Of a DNA stretch of 64,000 nucleotides, positions 9,979 through 19,841 are shown piece after piece. The notes beneath the pieces were generated by a model. That model saw only the letters and a list, made by a program, of their open reading frames with translations. It was not told the DNA's origin and searched no databases. How positions within the stretch are numbered: the stretch's first letter is position 1; every line of letters begins with the position of its first letter. This DNA comes from an uncultured Clostridia bacterium. Lineage in GTDB: Bacteria; Bacillota; Clostridia; TANB77; CAG-508. The stretch covers positions 8,489 to 72,488 of the forward strand of contig CAKPHG010000003.1 in assembly GCA_934157035.1 (NCBI GenBank), read 5' to 3'. The position numbers and the translations under genes are program-made.

Positions 9979-10539
9979 GTGAATGTAACAAAAGATGATA
10001 TTGAAACTAAAGAAAGAAGAATAAATACTTTTCAATTTTATTTATTATATTTCTTCGTTTTTTCTTTTTTAGGTTGGTTAATGGAAACTATTTATAGTTT
10101 TATAGTACTAGGTCATTTTACTGAAAGAGGATTTCTATATGGACCAATTTGTCCTATTTATGGTTATGGAGCCTTGATTTTAATTATATTTTTATCTAAA
10201 TATAAAAATAAATCTTTAAAGCTCTTTATATCTTCTGCTATTATTTTTTCAATATTTGAATATTTTGTAAGTTACCTTTTAGAGGCATTATTTAATTCTT
10301 TTTGGTGGGATTACACAAATGACTTTTTCAATTTGAATGGAAGAATAAGTATTTTTTATTCTATTGCTTGGGGAATCATTGCAATATTATTTGTTGGTCA
10401 TTTTTATCCATTTATTAAAAAGAAAATAGATGTTATCTTAAAAAAGATTCCTTATAGAATTCAAGGTTTTGCCTTAAATACTTGTTTTGTTATTTTTATT
10501 ATAGATACATTATTATCTTGTATAAGATATTTACATTAA
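9979..10539 (+). CDS. polytopic membrane protein (putative ABC-transporter type IV / PF06541-like)
   Basis: FLGWLMETIYSFIVLGHFTERGFLYGPICPIYGYGAL resembles that family. GTG start with RBS AGGGGG. Confidence 0.5.
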   Translation: MNVTKDDIETKERRINTFQFYLLYFFVFSFLGWLMETIYSFIVLGHFTERGFLYGPICPIYGYGALILIIFLSKYKNKSLKLFISSAIIFSIFEYFVSYLLEALFNSFWWDYTNDFFNLNGRISIFYSIAWGIIAILFVGHFYPFIKKKIDVILKKIPYRIQGFALNTCFVIFIIDTLLSCIRYLH

Positions 10540-10542
10540 AAA

Positions 10543-10578
10543 ATAACTGTAATTATATATTTGTATAATTACAGTTAT
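10543..10578. terminator. bidirectional terminator
   Basis: 15-bp stem ataactgtaattata / tataattacagttat followed by a T-run. Confidence 0.6.
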
Positions 10579-10582
10579 TTTT

Positions 10583-11170
10583 TTAGTGTAGTTTTGAAAT
10601 AGCAAGTCCATCTCCTACTTCTAAAATCTCAGTTTCTAAATTAGGATTTTGAGTAACTTCTTGAATATATTCTCTCAAGTTTCTTACTGCTGTACGTTGT
10701 TTATGCTTATTATAATCACTCATCACATAACCTTTGTATAAAATATTATCTGCTAAAATTATGCCATTTTTTTCTAACATTCGTAATGATTCTTTTAAAA
10801 AGAATGGATATTTTCCTTTTGCTGCATCTATAAATACAACATCATATTTCCCTGTAAGTGTAGGTAATATTTCTACTGCATCTCCTTCTAAAATATTAAT
10901 TTTCTCTGTTACTCCTACTTTCTTTATGTTTTCTTTTGCTTCTACTATTCTTTCTTCGTCTCTTTCTATAGTATCTATTATTCCACCTTCTTGTAAATAT
11001 TCTGAAAAGCACATTGCAGAATATCCTACTGCTGTTCCTATTTCAAGTATCTTTTTAGGTTTTGTTTCCTTTAATATTTTATCTACTACTTCTAAAGTAT
11101 CATCCATTATTATCGGAATATGCTCTTCTAATGCCTTTTGTTTTATTTTATCTAATTCTTCTCTATTCAT
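10583..11170 (-). CDS. trmR: SAM-dependent O-methyltransferase, YrrM/TrmR-like (tRNA 5-hydroxyuridine methyltransferase)
   Basis: Aligns along its length with B. subtilis YrrM as I recall it: KKILEIGTAVGYSA, YDVVFIDAAKG, ILADNILYKG, GDGLAISK. Confidence 0.75.
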   Translation of the reverse strand: MNREELDKIKQKALEEHIPIIMDDTLEVVDKILKETKPKKILEIGTAVGYSAMCFSEYLQEGGIIDTIERDEERIVEAKENIKKVGVTEKINILEGDAVEILPTLTGKYDVVFIDAAKGKYPFFLKESLRMLEKNGIILADNILYKGYVMSDYNKHKQRTAVRNLREYIQEVTQNPNLETEILEVGDGLAISKLH

Positions 11171-11179
11171 TTTTTCACC

Positions 11180-11662
11180 TTATTTAGCTTGTCCTTTATC
11201 TTCTTTTTCTATTCTTTCTAATTCTTTTCTTCTTATTTCAAACATTTCTTCTATTCTATTGTTTATTTGTTTTCCATAAGCTTTATATAACTCTATATCT
11301 ACTTTACTTATCTCTTCTTCTATTTCAACTGGTGTAATATTTTTTTGTGTTGCAATTTTTTTCAATATTCTATCTACTTCATTATTTTCTTTAATTATTT
11401 TATTCATTATCCATGTTTCAAAATAATCTTCATATTTTCTATACTCTTCGTTTTGTTTTAATTTTTCTAATATTTCGTCAAAACCTTCTTTATTTTCAAC
11501 CAATTTCTTTATAAGTGTTTGTATTTCACTTCTTCTTTCTGTTTCTTTATTTTGTTTTTTATCTCTATATATGTGTATGTTCCAAGAAGTATAACATGTT
11601 TGTTTAATATCTTTTCTAAAACTATCTTTTAATACTTTAGCCGTTTTACTTTTATGATTCAT
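11180..11662 (-). CDS. hypothetical charged protein
   Basis: Lys/Glu-rich ORF. Start moved to the ATG preceded by AAGGAGG (MNHKSKTAKV...). No family recognised. Confidence 0.4.
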   Translation of the reverse strand: MNHKSKTAKVLKDSFRKDIKQTCYTSWNIHIYRDKKQNKETERRSEIQTLIKKLVENKEGFDEILEKLKQNEEYRKYEDYFETWIMNKIIKENNEVDRILKKIATQKNITPVEIEEEISKVDIELYKAYGKQINNRIEEMFEIRRKELERIEKEDKGQAK

Positions 11663-11733
11663 CTGTTCCTCCTTTATATACATTTTACATAAAAGAAGAT
11701 AAGATATATATTATATTCTTATCTTCTTTTGTT

Positions 11734-13542
11734 TTATCTTCTAGCTTCTCTTTCTCTTGTTTTTGTATCTAATGTTTTCTTTCTTAATCTGATATTTTTT
11801 GGTGTTACTTCAACTAATTCGTCTTCTGCTATAAATTCAATAGCTTTTTCTAATGACATTTGTAATGGTGGAACTAAACGAAGTGCATCGTCTGAACCTG
11901 AAGCTCTTGTATTTGTTAAGTGTTTTTCTTTACATACATTTATTGCTATATCTTCATTTCTAGAATTTATACCAACTATCATTCCTTCATATACATCTAC
12001 ACCTGCACCTATTAAAAGTTCTCCTCTTTCTTGTGCATTATATAAACCGTATGTTACAGATGTTCCTTGTTCAAATGCTACTAAAACACCTCTTGTTCTA
12101 GCTTGAATTTCTCCCTTATATGGTTCATAACAGTCAAATATTGAGTTCATTGTTCCTGTTCCCTTTGTATCTGTTAAGAATTCTGTTCTATATCCTATTA
12201 ATCCACGTGCTGGTATTTTAAACTCTACTTTTGTATGTCCTAACTCTGCTGGTTCCATATTTACCATTTCTGCTTTACGTCTTCCTAATTTTTCTATAAC
12301 TGTTCCTATTGATTCATCTGGCACATTTACTACTAATCTTTCCATTGGTTCACATTTTACGCCATCTATTTCTTTAAAAATAACCTTTGGACGAGAAACT
12401 AATAGTTCAAATCCCTCTCTTCTCATTGTTTCTATTAATACTGATAAATGTAATTCTCCACGTCCACATACTTCAAAGCTATCTGCTGAATCTGTTTCTT
12501 TAACTCTTAAAGATACATTTCTTTCTAGCTCCTTAAATAATCTATCTCTAATATGTCTTGATGTAATAAATTGTCCTTCTTTTCCTGCAAAAGGTCCGTT
12601 ATTTACACTAAATGTCATAGATACTGTTGGTTCATCTATATCTACAAATGGTATTTTTTCTGGATTGTTTAAGTCGCATATTGTTTCTCCAATTCCAATA
12701 TCTGCTATTCCTGATAATGCAACTATATCTCCTGCCTCTGCTTCTTCTACCTCTACTCTTTTTAAGCCTTGATATGTGAATAATTTTGCTACTTTTCCTT
12801 GTGTATTTTTGTCTTGTTTACAAATTGCAATTGGCATACCAGATTTTATTATTCCTCTTTCTATTCTTCCTATTGCTATTCTTCCTAAATAATCATCATA
12901 ATCTATGTTAGAAACTAACATTTGAGCTGGCCCTTCAATTTCACATTTAGGTGGTTCAATATATTTTAATATTGTATCAAATATACAATTTACATTATCA
13001 GATTCTTCATCTAAACTCATTTTGGCTATTCCATTTTTTGCAGATGCATATATTACTGGAAAATCTAATTGGTCATCACTTGCATTAAGTTCAATAAATA
13101 GTTCTATAACTTGATCTACTACTTTTGCAGGATTTGAACCTGGTCTATCTATTTTATTAATTACAACTATTGGCTTTAAATTAAGTGCTAATGATTTTTT
13201 TAATACTTCTCTTGTTTGAGGCATAGGTCCTTCAAAAGCATCTACTAATAATAAAACACCATCAACTGTTTTTAATACACGCTCAACTTCTCCACCGAAA
13301 TCAGCATGGCCTGGTGTATCTACTATATTAATTTTTGTACCATTATACATAACAGATGTATTTTTAGAAAGAATTGTAATTCCTCTTTCTTTCTCTAAAT
13401 CGTTTGAATCCATTACTCTTTCTGCTACTTGTTCATTTTCTCTAAATACGTGACTTTGTCTTAATAAACAATCTACAAGTGTTGTTTTTCCGTGGTCAAC
13501 GTGTGCTATAATTGCTATATTTCTTATTTTTTCGTTTATCAT
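11734..13542 (-). CDS. typA: translational GTPase TypA/BipA
   Basis: [33 protein letters not shown] and NKIDR G-motifs; 602 aa with the typical BipA C-terminus. Confidence 0.95.
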   Translation of the reverse strand: MINEKIRNIAIIAHVDHGKTTLVDCLLRQSHVFRENEQVAERVMDSNDLEKERGITILSKNTSVMYNGTKINIVDTPGHADFGGEVERVLKTVDGVLLLVDAFEGPMPQTREVLKKSLALNLKPIVVINKIDRPGSNPAKVVDQVIELFIELNASDDQLDFPVIYASAKNGIAKMSLDEESDNVNCIFDTILKYIEPPKCEIEGPAQMLVSNIDYDDYLGRIAIGRIERGIIKSGMPIAICKQDKNTQGKVAKLFTYQGLKRVEVEEAEAGDIVALSGIADIGIGETICDLNNPEKIPFVDIDEPTVSMTFSVNNGPFAGKEGQFITSRHIRDRLFKELERNVSLRVKETDSADSFEVCGRGELHLSVLIETMRREGFELLVSRPKVIFKEIDGVKCEPMERLVVNVPDESIGTVIEKLGRRKAEMVNMEPAELGHTKVEFKIPARGLIGYRTEFLTDTKGTGTMNSIFDCYEPYKGEIQARTRGVLVAFEQGTSVTYGLYNAQERGELLIGAGVDVYEGMIVGINSRNEDIAINVCKEKHLTNTRASGSDDALRLVPPLQMSLEKAIEFIAEDELVEVTPKNIRLRKKTLDTKTREREARR

Positions 13543-13586
13543 TTTATTTACCCCTTTTTGTTATTTTTATTTTATTTCATAAAACA

Positions 13587-13604
13587 AGCGATGTATTCAT
13601 CGCT
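13587..13604. terminator. short hairpin after the S1 gene
   Basis: agcgatg-tatt-catcgct; on the minus sense it is followed by a T-rich tract. Confidence 0.4.
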
Positions 13605-13633
13605 CATTTTTTTATTAATAAATTCTACACAAT

Positions 13634-14734
13634 TTATATTTCTTCTTTATATTCGTTAGAAGTTCCTTCTAATTCTTTAATTGATAATTCTATTCTTTGT
13701 GTTTCTAAATCCATTTCTATTATTTTAGCATTTACATTTTGATTTAATTTTAATTCTTCTTCTGGTTTTGCTATTTTCTTTTCTGCAATTTGTGAAATAT
13801 GTACTAATCCTTGAATTCCTGGTTCTAATTCTACAAAAACACCAAATGGCATCATTTTTACTACTTTAACTTTTACAATGTCTCCTACATGATATTTTTC
13901 AGGAACTTTATTCCAAGGGTTTGGTCCTTTATCTCCATAACTCAATTTTATACGTTTATTTTCTTTATCTAAGTCTATAACTGTTACTTCTATTTCTTGA
14001 CCTTGTTTTAAGATTTCATCTACTTTTGCATTTCTATCCCAAGAAATTTCTGATACATGTAGCAAGCCTTGTGTTACACCTAAGTCTACGAAAGCTCCAT
14101 AAGAACTTAGACTCGTAACTATTCCCTTATACTTTTTACCAACTTCTACATTATTCCAAAACTCTTCTTGTTTTGCTTTTCTTTCTTCATCTAAAACAGA
14201 ACGAATTGAACCTATTATTTTGTTTGTTTTTTGATCATACTCTGTAATTTTAAATTTAACATTTTTACCTAAATAAGAATTTACATCTTCTCCTCTAGGT
14301 ATTCCTGATAATGATAGCGGAATAAAAATTCTTGTATCATTTACATTTACAATTAAACCTTTTTCATTAACTTGGGAAACTTTAGCTTCAATAGTTTCAT
14401 TATTTTTAAATTTTTCTTCTATCTTGCTTTTGTTTTCACGATTTTTAACTTTTTTATATGATAAAAGTACATTACCTAGTCCGTCATTTAATTTTAATAC
14501 ATCAGCTGTAATTGTATCTCCTACTTTAAACTCGTTTTTAGGATCTGCATTTTCATCATTGCTGTATTCTTTTTTTGGAATAATTCCATCGGCTTTGTAG
14601 TTGATATCTACAAAAATTTCTCCGTTAGAAGTTATACTAATAATCTTTCCTGTTACTGTCTTTTCTAACTTTTTTTCTTTTGAAGATTCTTGATTTAATA
14701 ATTCTTCAAAAGATAATTCTTTTTCATTTTCCAT
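13634..14734 (-). CDS. rpsA: 30S ribosomal protein S1 (four S1 domains)
   Basis: Repeated S1 OB-fold motifs (GKIISIT, VEAKVSQV, GIVTSLSSYGAFVDLG, VKVVKMMPFGVFVEL); 366 aa. Confidence 0.8.
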   Translation of the reverse strand: MENEKELSFEELLNQESSKEKKLEKTVTGKIISITSNGEIFVDINYKADGIIPKKEYSNDENADPKNEFKVGDTITADVLKLNDGLGNVLLSYKKVKNRENKSKIEEKFKNNETIEAKVSQVNEKGLIVNVNDTRIFIPLSLSGIPRGEDVNSYLGKNVKFKITEYDQKTNKIIGSIRSVLDEERKAKQEEFWNNVEVGKKYKGIVTSLSSYGAFVDLGVTQGLLHVSEISWDRNAKVDEILKQGQEIEVTVIDLDKENKRIKLSYGDKGPNPWNKVPEKYHVGDIVKVKVVKMMPFGVFVELEPGIQGLVHISQIAEKKIAKPEEELKLNQNVNAKIIEMDLETQRIELSIKELEGTSNEYKEEI

Positions 14735-14830
14735 ATTCTCACCTTATTTATTTTTTAACTATTTTATTATATAGCATTATACTTTTATTGTCAACATAAT
14801 TTTTACAACTTTTTACATTAAACAATATAA

Positions 14831-14859
14831 AAGAAAACACTAAAAATTAGTGTTTTCTT
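14831..14859. terminator. terminator downstream of sleB
   Basis: aagaaaacacta-aaaat-tagtgttttctt. Confidence 0.55.
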
Positions 14860-14860
14860 T

Positions 14861-15550
14861 CTATTTACAAAATCTATGATTTCCAATTGTTACTGTCATT
14901 GGTCTTGACCATATCCACTTATTTGTTGCAGTATTTGGGTTAAAATAATATATAGCTCCATAAGAAGGATCCCAACCATTTAGTGCATCTTGTGCAGCCT
15001 TTATTGCAGTACTATTTGGACTCATGTTTATCTGTCCGTCTTTTACTACATCAAAAGCACCATTTTGATATATTACTCCTGCTATTGTATTTGGAAAACT
15101 AGAACTTTTTACTCTATTTAGTACAACTGCTGCTACTGCAACTTGTCCTGTATATGGTTCTCCTCTTGCCTCACCATAAACGAGTCTTGCTAACAAATTA
15201 ACATTACTTGTATTACTTGATGAACTAGATGAATTTGAAGATGTATAAATTCCCATTGCCCTTAATGTATTTGTTCCTGCAATTCCGTCTACTGTTAATC
15301 CATTTTTTCTTTGAAAATATTTAACTGCTGCTAGCGTTTGACTTCCATATATTCCATCTACTACACCATTATAATATCCCCATCTTTTCAACTTTGTTTG
15401 TATTTGTGTTACTTCACTTCCTCTTGAACCATATTTAGAAAGTGCTTGTACTTCATCATTTCTAAAAAATATATTATAACTTAGAAAAAAAGCTAATAAT
15501 ATACTTATTATAATAATTGGTTTTATATTCTTTTTAATTTTTAATTTCAT
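14861..15550 (-). CDS. sleB: spore cortex-lytic enzyme SleB-like (PG-binding domain plus Hydrolase_2)
   Basis: TM/signal segment, then a PG_binding_1 repeat (GSRGSEVTQIQTKLKRWGYYNGVVDGIYG). The C-terminal LVYGEARGEPYTGQVAVAAVVLNRV is typical of SleB/CwlJ hydrolases. Confidence 0.8.
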   Translation of the reverse strand: MKLKIKKNIKPIIIISILLAFFLSYNIFFRNDEVQALSKYGSRGSEVTQIQTKLKRWGYYNGVVDGIYGSQTLAAVKYFQRKNGLTVDGIAGTNTLRAMGIYTSSNSSSSSSNTSNVNLLARLVYGEARGEPYTGQVAVAAVVLNRVKSSSFPNTIAGVIYQNGAFDVVKDGQINMSPNSTAIKAAQDALNGWDPSYGAIYYFNPNTATNKWIWSRPMTVTIGNHRFCK

Positions 15551-15607
15551 AAAAATACACCTCTTTTGGAATTATTTTCTCCGAAAGAAGTGTTTTTATA
15601 CATTTTT

Positions 15608-17203
15608 TTATTTTTTTGCTGCTTTTACTAATTCAACAAATAATGGCGCTGGTTTATCTGGTCTTGACTTAAATTCTGGATGAAATTGACCTGCTATAAA
15701 GAATGGATGATCTTTTATTTCTACTATTTCTACTAAATTTCCATCAGGAGATGTTCCTGAAATTGTAAGTCCTGCTTTTCCCATTTCTTCTCTATAATCG
15801 TTGTTATATTCAAAACGATGACGATGTCTTTCATTTATATTTTTTTCTTTGTATATTTTATATGCAAGTGTTCCTTCTTTAATTTGACAAGGATAGCTTC
15901 CAAGTCTCATTGTTCCGCCTTTTTTGGTTATCACTTTTTGATCTGTCATTATATGAATAACAGGATTTTTACATTCTGGTTCAAATTCTTCTGAATTTAC
16001 GTCTTCTAATTTTAGTACATCTCTTGCAAATTCTACTACTGCCATTTGCATTCCTAAACATATTCCTAAGAATGGAATTTTATTTTCCCTAGCATATTTT
16101 ATTGTTTGTATTTTTCCTTCAATTCCTCTGTTTCCAAAGCCTCCTGGAACAATTATTCCATCTAGATCTTTTAATTTTTCTTTTGCATTTTCACTTGTTA
16201 CTGTTTCAGAATCTATGTATTTTATACTAACTTTTACATTATTTGCAAAACCTGCATGTCTTAAGCTTTCTGCAACTGAAAGGTAAGAATCTTCTAATCT
16301 TACATATTTTCCAACTATTGCAATTTTTACTTTTTTCTCTGGTATATTATTGATATTTTCTATCATTTTTTCCCATTTGCCATTTTTAGGCTCTATATTA
16401 TCTAGTCTTAAGTGCTTGCATACTTGAACTGCTAATCCTTCTTTTTCTAGCATTAATGGAACTTCATATAAACAACTTGCTGTTCTATTTGCTATAATGT
16501 CTTCTTTTCTTACATTACAAAATAGTGCCATTTTTTCTCTTAAATTTTCAGGAATTTCTGTTTCTGAACGACACACTAATATATCTGGTTTTATTCCAAA
16601 AGATTGTAATTCTTTTACAGAATGTTGTGTAGGCTTTGATTTTAATTCATTAGAGCCATGTATATAAGGAAGAAGTGTAACATGTATATATACTACATCT
16701 TCTGGTGAGTTTTCTATTCCTACTTGTCTAATTGTTTCTATAAGTGATAGACCTTCAATGTCTCCCACAGTTCCACCTAATTCAGTAATAACTATATCTA
16801 CATCTGTATCTTCAAATGCATATATTTTTTCTTTTATTGCATTTGTGATATGAGGAATAACTTGAACTGTTTTTCCTAAGTAATCTCCTCTTCTTTCTCT
16901 ATCTAATACTTCCTGGTAAATTTTTCCCATACTTATGCTACAATTTTTAGTTAAACTTTCATCTGTAAATCTCTCATAATGACCTAAGTCTAAGTCTGTT
17001 TCTGCACCATCATCTGTTACAAATACTTCTCCATGTTCATATGGGCTCATTGTTCCTGGATCTACATTTATATATGGATCGAATTTTTGATTTATAACTT
17101 TATATCCCCTATTTTTTAATAATCTTCCTAATGATGCTGCTGTTATTCCTTTTCCTAATCCAGACACTACTCCACCTGTTACAAAAATGTACTTTTTTTT
17201 CAT
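15608..17203 (-). CDS. pyrG: CTP synthase
   Basis: [24 protein letters not shown] and the glutamine amidotransferase GICLGMQ motif; 531 aa. Confidence 0.95.
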   Translation of the reverse strand: MKKKYIFVTGGVVSGLGKGITAASLGRLLKNRGYKVINQKFDPYINVDPGTMSPYEHGEVFVTDDGAETDLDLGHYERFTDESLTKNCSISMGKIYQEVLDRERRGDYLGKTVQVIPHITNAIKEKIYAFEDTDVDIVITELGGTVGDIEGLSLIETIRQVGIENSPEDVVYIHVTLLPYIHGSNELKSKPTQHSVKELQSFGIKPDILVCRSETEIPENLREKMALFCNVRKEDIIANRTASCLYEVPLMLEKEGLAVQVCKHLRLDNIEPKNGKWEKMIENINNIPEKKVKIAIVGKYVRLEDSYLSVAESLRHAGFANNVKVSIKYIDSETVTSENAKEKLKDLDGIIVPGGFGNRGIEGKIQTIKYARENKIPFLGICLGMQMAVVEFARDVLKLEDVNSEEFEPECKNPVIHIMTDQKVITKKGGTMRLGSYPCQIKEGTLAYKIYKEKNINERHRHRFEYNNDYREEMGKAGLTISGTSPDGNLVEIVEIKDHPFFIAGQFHPEFKSRPDKPAPLFVELVKAAKK

Positions 17204-17502
17204 GTTTTATTCCTCCTTTTATTGCTTCATATTTAATTTTTATACCATTATTAACTATTATTTCTTTTTCATTTTTGTTCTAATAATTATGTGCTATAAA
17301 AATTCTTTTTCAAAAATAAAAAAAAGATTAAAAAAAATTCACCGAAAATTGCGGTTTTTTTTTAATCTATTACTATTTTTTTATTTAATAATTTATTTAA
17401 TATTATCATTAAAAAATTTTTAATGCAACATTTTTGTAAAAATTTATAGTATTTTTTTTTCTTATTTGGTATACTATAAAAAAATGAAAAAGGAGATTTA
17501 AT

Positions 17503-18222
17503 ATGACACCTCATAATGAAGCAAAAAAAGAAGATATTGCAAAAATTGTTATTATGCCTGGAGATCCACTTCGTGCAAAATACATTGCTGAAAATTTTTT
17601 AGAAAATTATACTTTAGTAAACTCAGTAAGAGGAATGTATGCTTATACAGGATATTATAAAGGAAAAAGATTAACAGTAATGGCTCATGGTATGGGTATG
17701 CCAAGTGTTGGCATTTATACTTATGAACTTTTTAAAATTTATGATGTTGATGCTATTATTAGAATTGGTTCTTGTGGAGGATATACTAAAGATTTAAATT
17801 TGTTTGATATCATACTTTCTGAAAATTGTTTTTCTGAAGGAAATTATGCCTTAACTTTAAACAATGATAATTGTCATTTAGTTTCTGCAAGTAAAGAATT
17901 AAATGATATTATAGAATCTACTGCAAATAATATTGGTATCAAAGTTTATAAAGGTAATACAGTTTGCACTGATTGTTTTGATGTATATATGACAGATGTA
18001 AATAAATTTTTAGAAAGAATTCCTAAAAATTTTAACCCACTTGGTGCAGAAATGGAAGCTTTCGCTTTGTTTTACAATGCAAAACTATTAAACAAAAAAG
18101 CTGCATGCTTAATGAGTGTAGTAGATTCAAAATATATTGATAAAATCGCTACTACTGAAGAAAGACAGATAGGGCTTAATAATATGATTAAACTTAGTCT
18201 AGAAAGTGCATTAAAAATATAA
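17503..18222 (+). CDS. deoD: purine nucleoside phosphorylase, DeoD type
   Basis: IMPGDPLRAKYIAENFLEN, GMGMPS and EMEAFAL motifs; 239 aa. Confidence 0.9.
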   Translation: MTPHNEAKKEDIAKIVIMPGDPLRAKYIAENFLENYTLVNSVRGMYAYTGYYKGKRLTVMAHGMGMPSVGIYTYELFKIYDVDAIIRIGSCGGYTKDLNLFDIILSENCFSEGNYALTLNNDNCHLVSASKELNDIIESTANNIGIKVYKGNTVCTDCFDVYMTDVNKFLERIPKNFNPLGAEMEAFALFYNAKLLNKKAACLMSVVDSKYIDKIATTEERQIGLNNMIKLSLESALKI

Positions 18223-18246
18223 ATAGTTAATTTTGAACCAAAAGTG

Positions 18247-18344
18247 ACAGATGAGCCGTTGGGGACGTTTACCTCCGGCTCATTTATTATTTAATAAATC
18301 AGAAAAAATGAGCCGGAGGTAAACATCCCCAACGGCTCATCTGT
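18247..18344. repeat. 98-nt G+C-rich inverted repeat (37-bp arms, one mismatch) acting as a bidirectional terminator between deoD and greA
   Basis: Arm 18247..18283 is ACAGATGAGCCGTTGGGGACGTTTACCTCCGGCTCAT. The reverse complement of arm 18308..18344 differs only at one C/T. Loop is 24 nt. Each arm also contains its own ATGAGCCG/CGGCTCAT inverted repeat. Confidence 0.8.
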
Positions 18345-18824
18345 TTATTTTGTTATTGATAATACTTTGTATTTTATAATTCCTGCTGGCGCATTTACTT
18401 CTACTATTTGATTCTTTTTTGCACCTAATAGTGCTGCACCTATTGGAGATTCATTTGATATTTTGTTTTGAGATAAGTCAACTTCTGTTGAACCTACTAT
18501 TGTATAAGTTTCTTCTTCTTCAAATTCCATATCAAGTACTTTTACTATATTTCCTACTTGTACTGTTTTTGTATCTATTTCAGATTCATCTATAATTTTT
18601 GCATATCTTATTTTGTTTTCTAAATCTGCAATTTTAGCTTCATTTTCTGCTTGAGCTGTTTTTGCTTCATCATATTCTGAATTTTCAGATAAGTCACCAA
18701 AACCTAAAGCTACTTTTATTCTTTCTGCAACCTCTGCTCTTTTTTCTGTTCTTAAATATTCTAATTCTTTTTCTAATTTATCAAAACCTTCTTGTGTTAA
18801 TAATACTGCTTTATTTTCTTCCAT
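18345..18824 (-). CDS. greA: transcription elongation factor GreA
   Basis: [17 protein letters not shown]...[13 protein letters not shown]...[13 protein letters not shown]; 159 aa. Confidence 0.95.
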   Translation of the reverse strand: MEENKAVLLTQEGFDKLEKELEYLRTEKRAEVAERIKVALGFGDLSENSEYDEAKTAQAENEAKIADLENKIRYAKIIDESEIDTKTVQVGNIVKVLDMEFEEEETYTIVGSTEVDLSQNKISNESPIGAALLGAKKNQIVEVNAPAGIIKYKVLSITK

Positions 18825-18867
18825 AATAATTCCTCCCTAAAAAGTATTATCGTTTAAATATATTAAT

Positions 18868-19782
18868 CTAATTTTTAATGTTTGTCAATATTTTTCTAAT
18901 ATTTATTAATTCTTTTTTGTCTATTTCTCCGTTATTGCCATATATCTTTTTTATTCTTTTAACGTCTTGTATTTTCTTTGTGCTTATACTTTCATACAAT
19001 TCAACTTTTTTAAATTCCTCTATAATATTGTTTTCTTTAAAAAAATTTTTTTCACTATCTTCTAATTCTATTTCTACATTTTGTACTATAATTCCTTCAA
19101 AACTTTTTAAATTTTTTATTTTCTCTTTGCTAAGATTTACAATAATAGCACTTCTGCATATATTATACTCTTGTAATTGTTCATTACTAAAATCCATATT
19201 TATTATTATCTTAGCCTTTTTTAAACTTTTTTTCTTATTGTTAGCTATGCTAAATACAATTGTTTCATTTTCTAATATATCCTCTAACGTTTTATATTTT
19301 TCTATTTCTTTACTAATAACATTTACTGATTTAAATTCTTGTCCTATATTTTTTATTGTTCTTATGCTCTGTTCATTATATTTATTTGTTAATATAAATA
19401 CATCTTGTAAAGCCATTGGTATATTTTCTAATATCTTTTCTAGTATTGTTTTTACATTGTTGTTCATAAAGTCTTTTCCGTTTAAAATTTTAAATTCACT
19501 AAAATAATCAATATATTCTTTTAAATCATCTTCTAAAACTATTTGTACTTTTTGTGTTTTTGTCCTTTCTTTTCTTAGTTTTTTTATTATATTTTCGTAT
19601 ATCTTTTTATTATTTGTATCAATTACTAAATATACCTTTTTATCTTCACTTATTGTATTTATATAAAAATTATTTGTTCTTTTTGTAATATTTATTAGCA
19701 TTTTGTGTAAAAATTTTGGTGTTTTTTTTAATTCATCTATTTTATCATCTTTTTTCAATCTTTTAATATATACTGTTATCAA
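18868..19782 (-). CDS. hypothetical protein
   Basis: 304-aa Lys/Ile/Asn-rich ORF with a TTG start after RBS AGGTGA. No family recognised. Confidence 0.4.
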   Translation of the reverse strand: MITVYIKRLKKDDKIDELKKTPKFLHKMLINITKRTNNFYINTISEDKKVYLVIDTNNKKIYENIIKKLRKERTKTQKVQIVLEDDLKEYIDYFSEFKILNGKDFMNNNVKTILEKILENIPMALQDVFILTNKYNEQSIRTIKNIGQEFKSVNVISKEIEKYKTLEDILENETIVFSIANNKKKSLKKAKIIINMDFSNEQLQEYNICRSAIIVNLSKEKIKNLKSFEGIIVQNVEIELEDSEKNFFKENNIIEEFKKVELYESISTKKIQDVKRIKKIYGNNGEIDKKELINIRKILTNIKN

Positions 19783-19841
19783 AAAAAATCACCTACCTAT
19801 AACTTGTTTTTAATTATATGTAAGTGATTTTATCTATATTA

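Noticed and set aside
17330-17365. Short ACCG...CGGT hairpin with flanking A/T runs in the pyrG-deoD intergenic region, considered as a pyrG attenuator.
   Set aside because: The stem is only 4 bp, and I cannot show the GGGC-type leader needed for the known reiterative-transcription mechanism. Support is insufficient.
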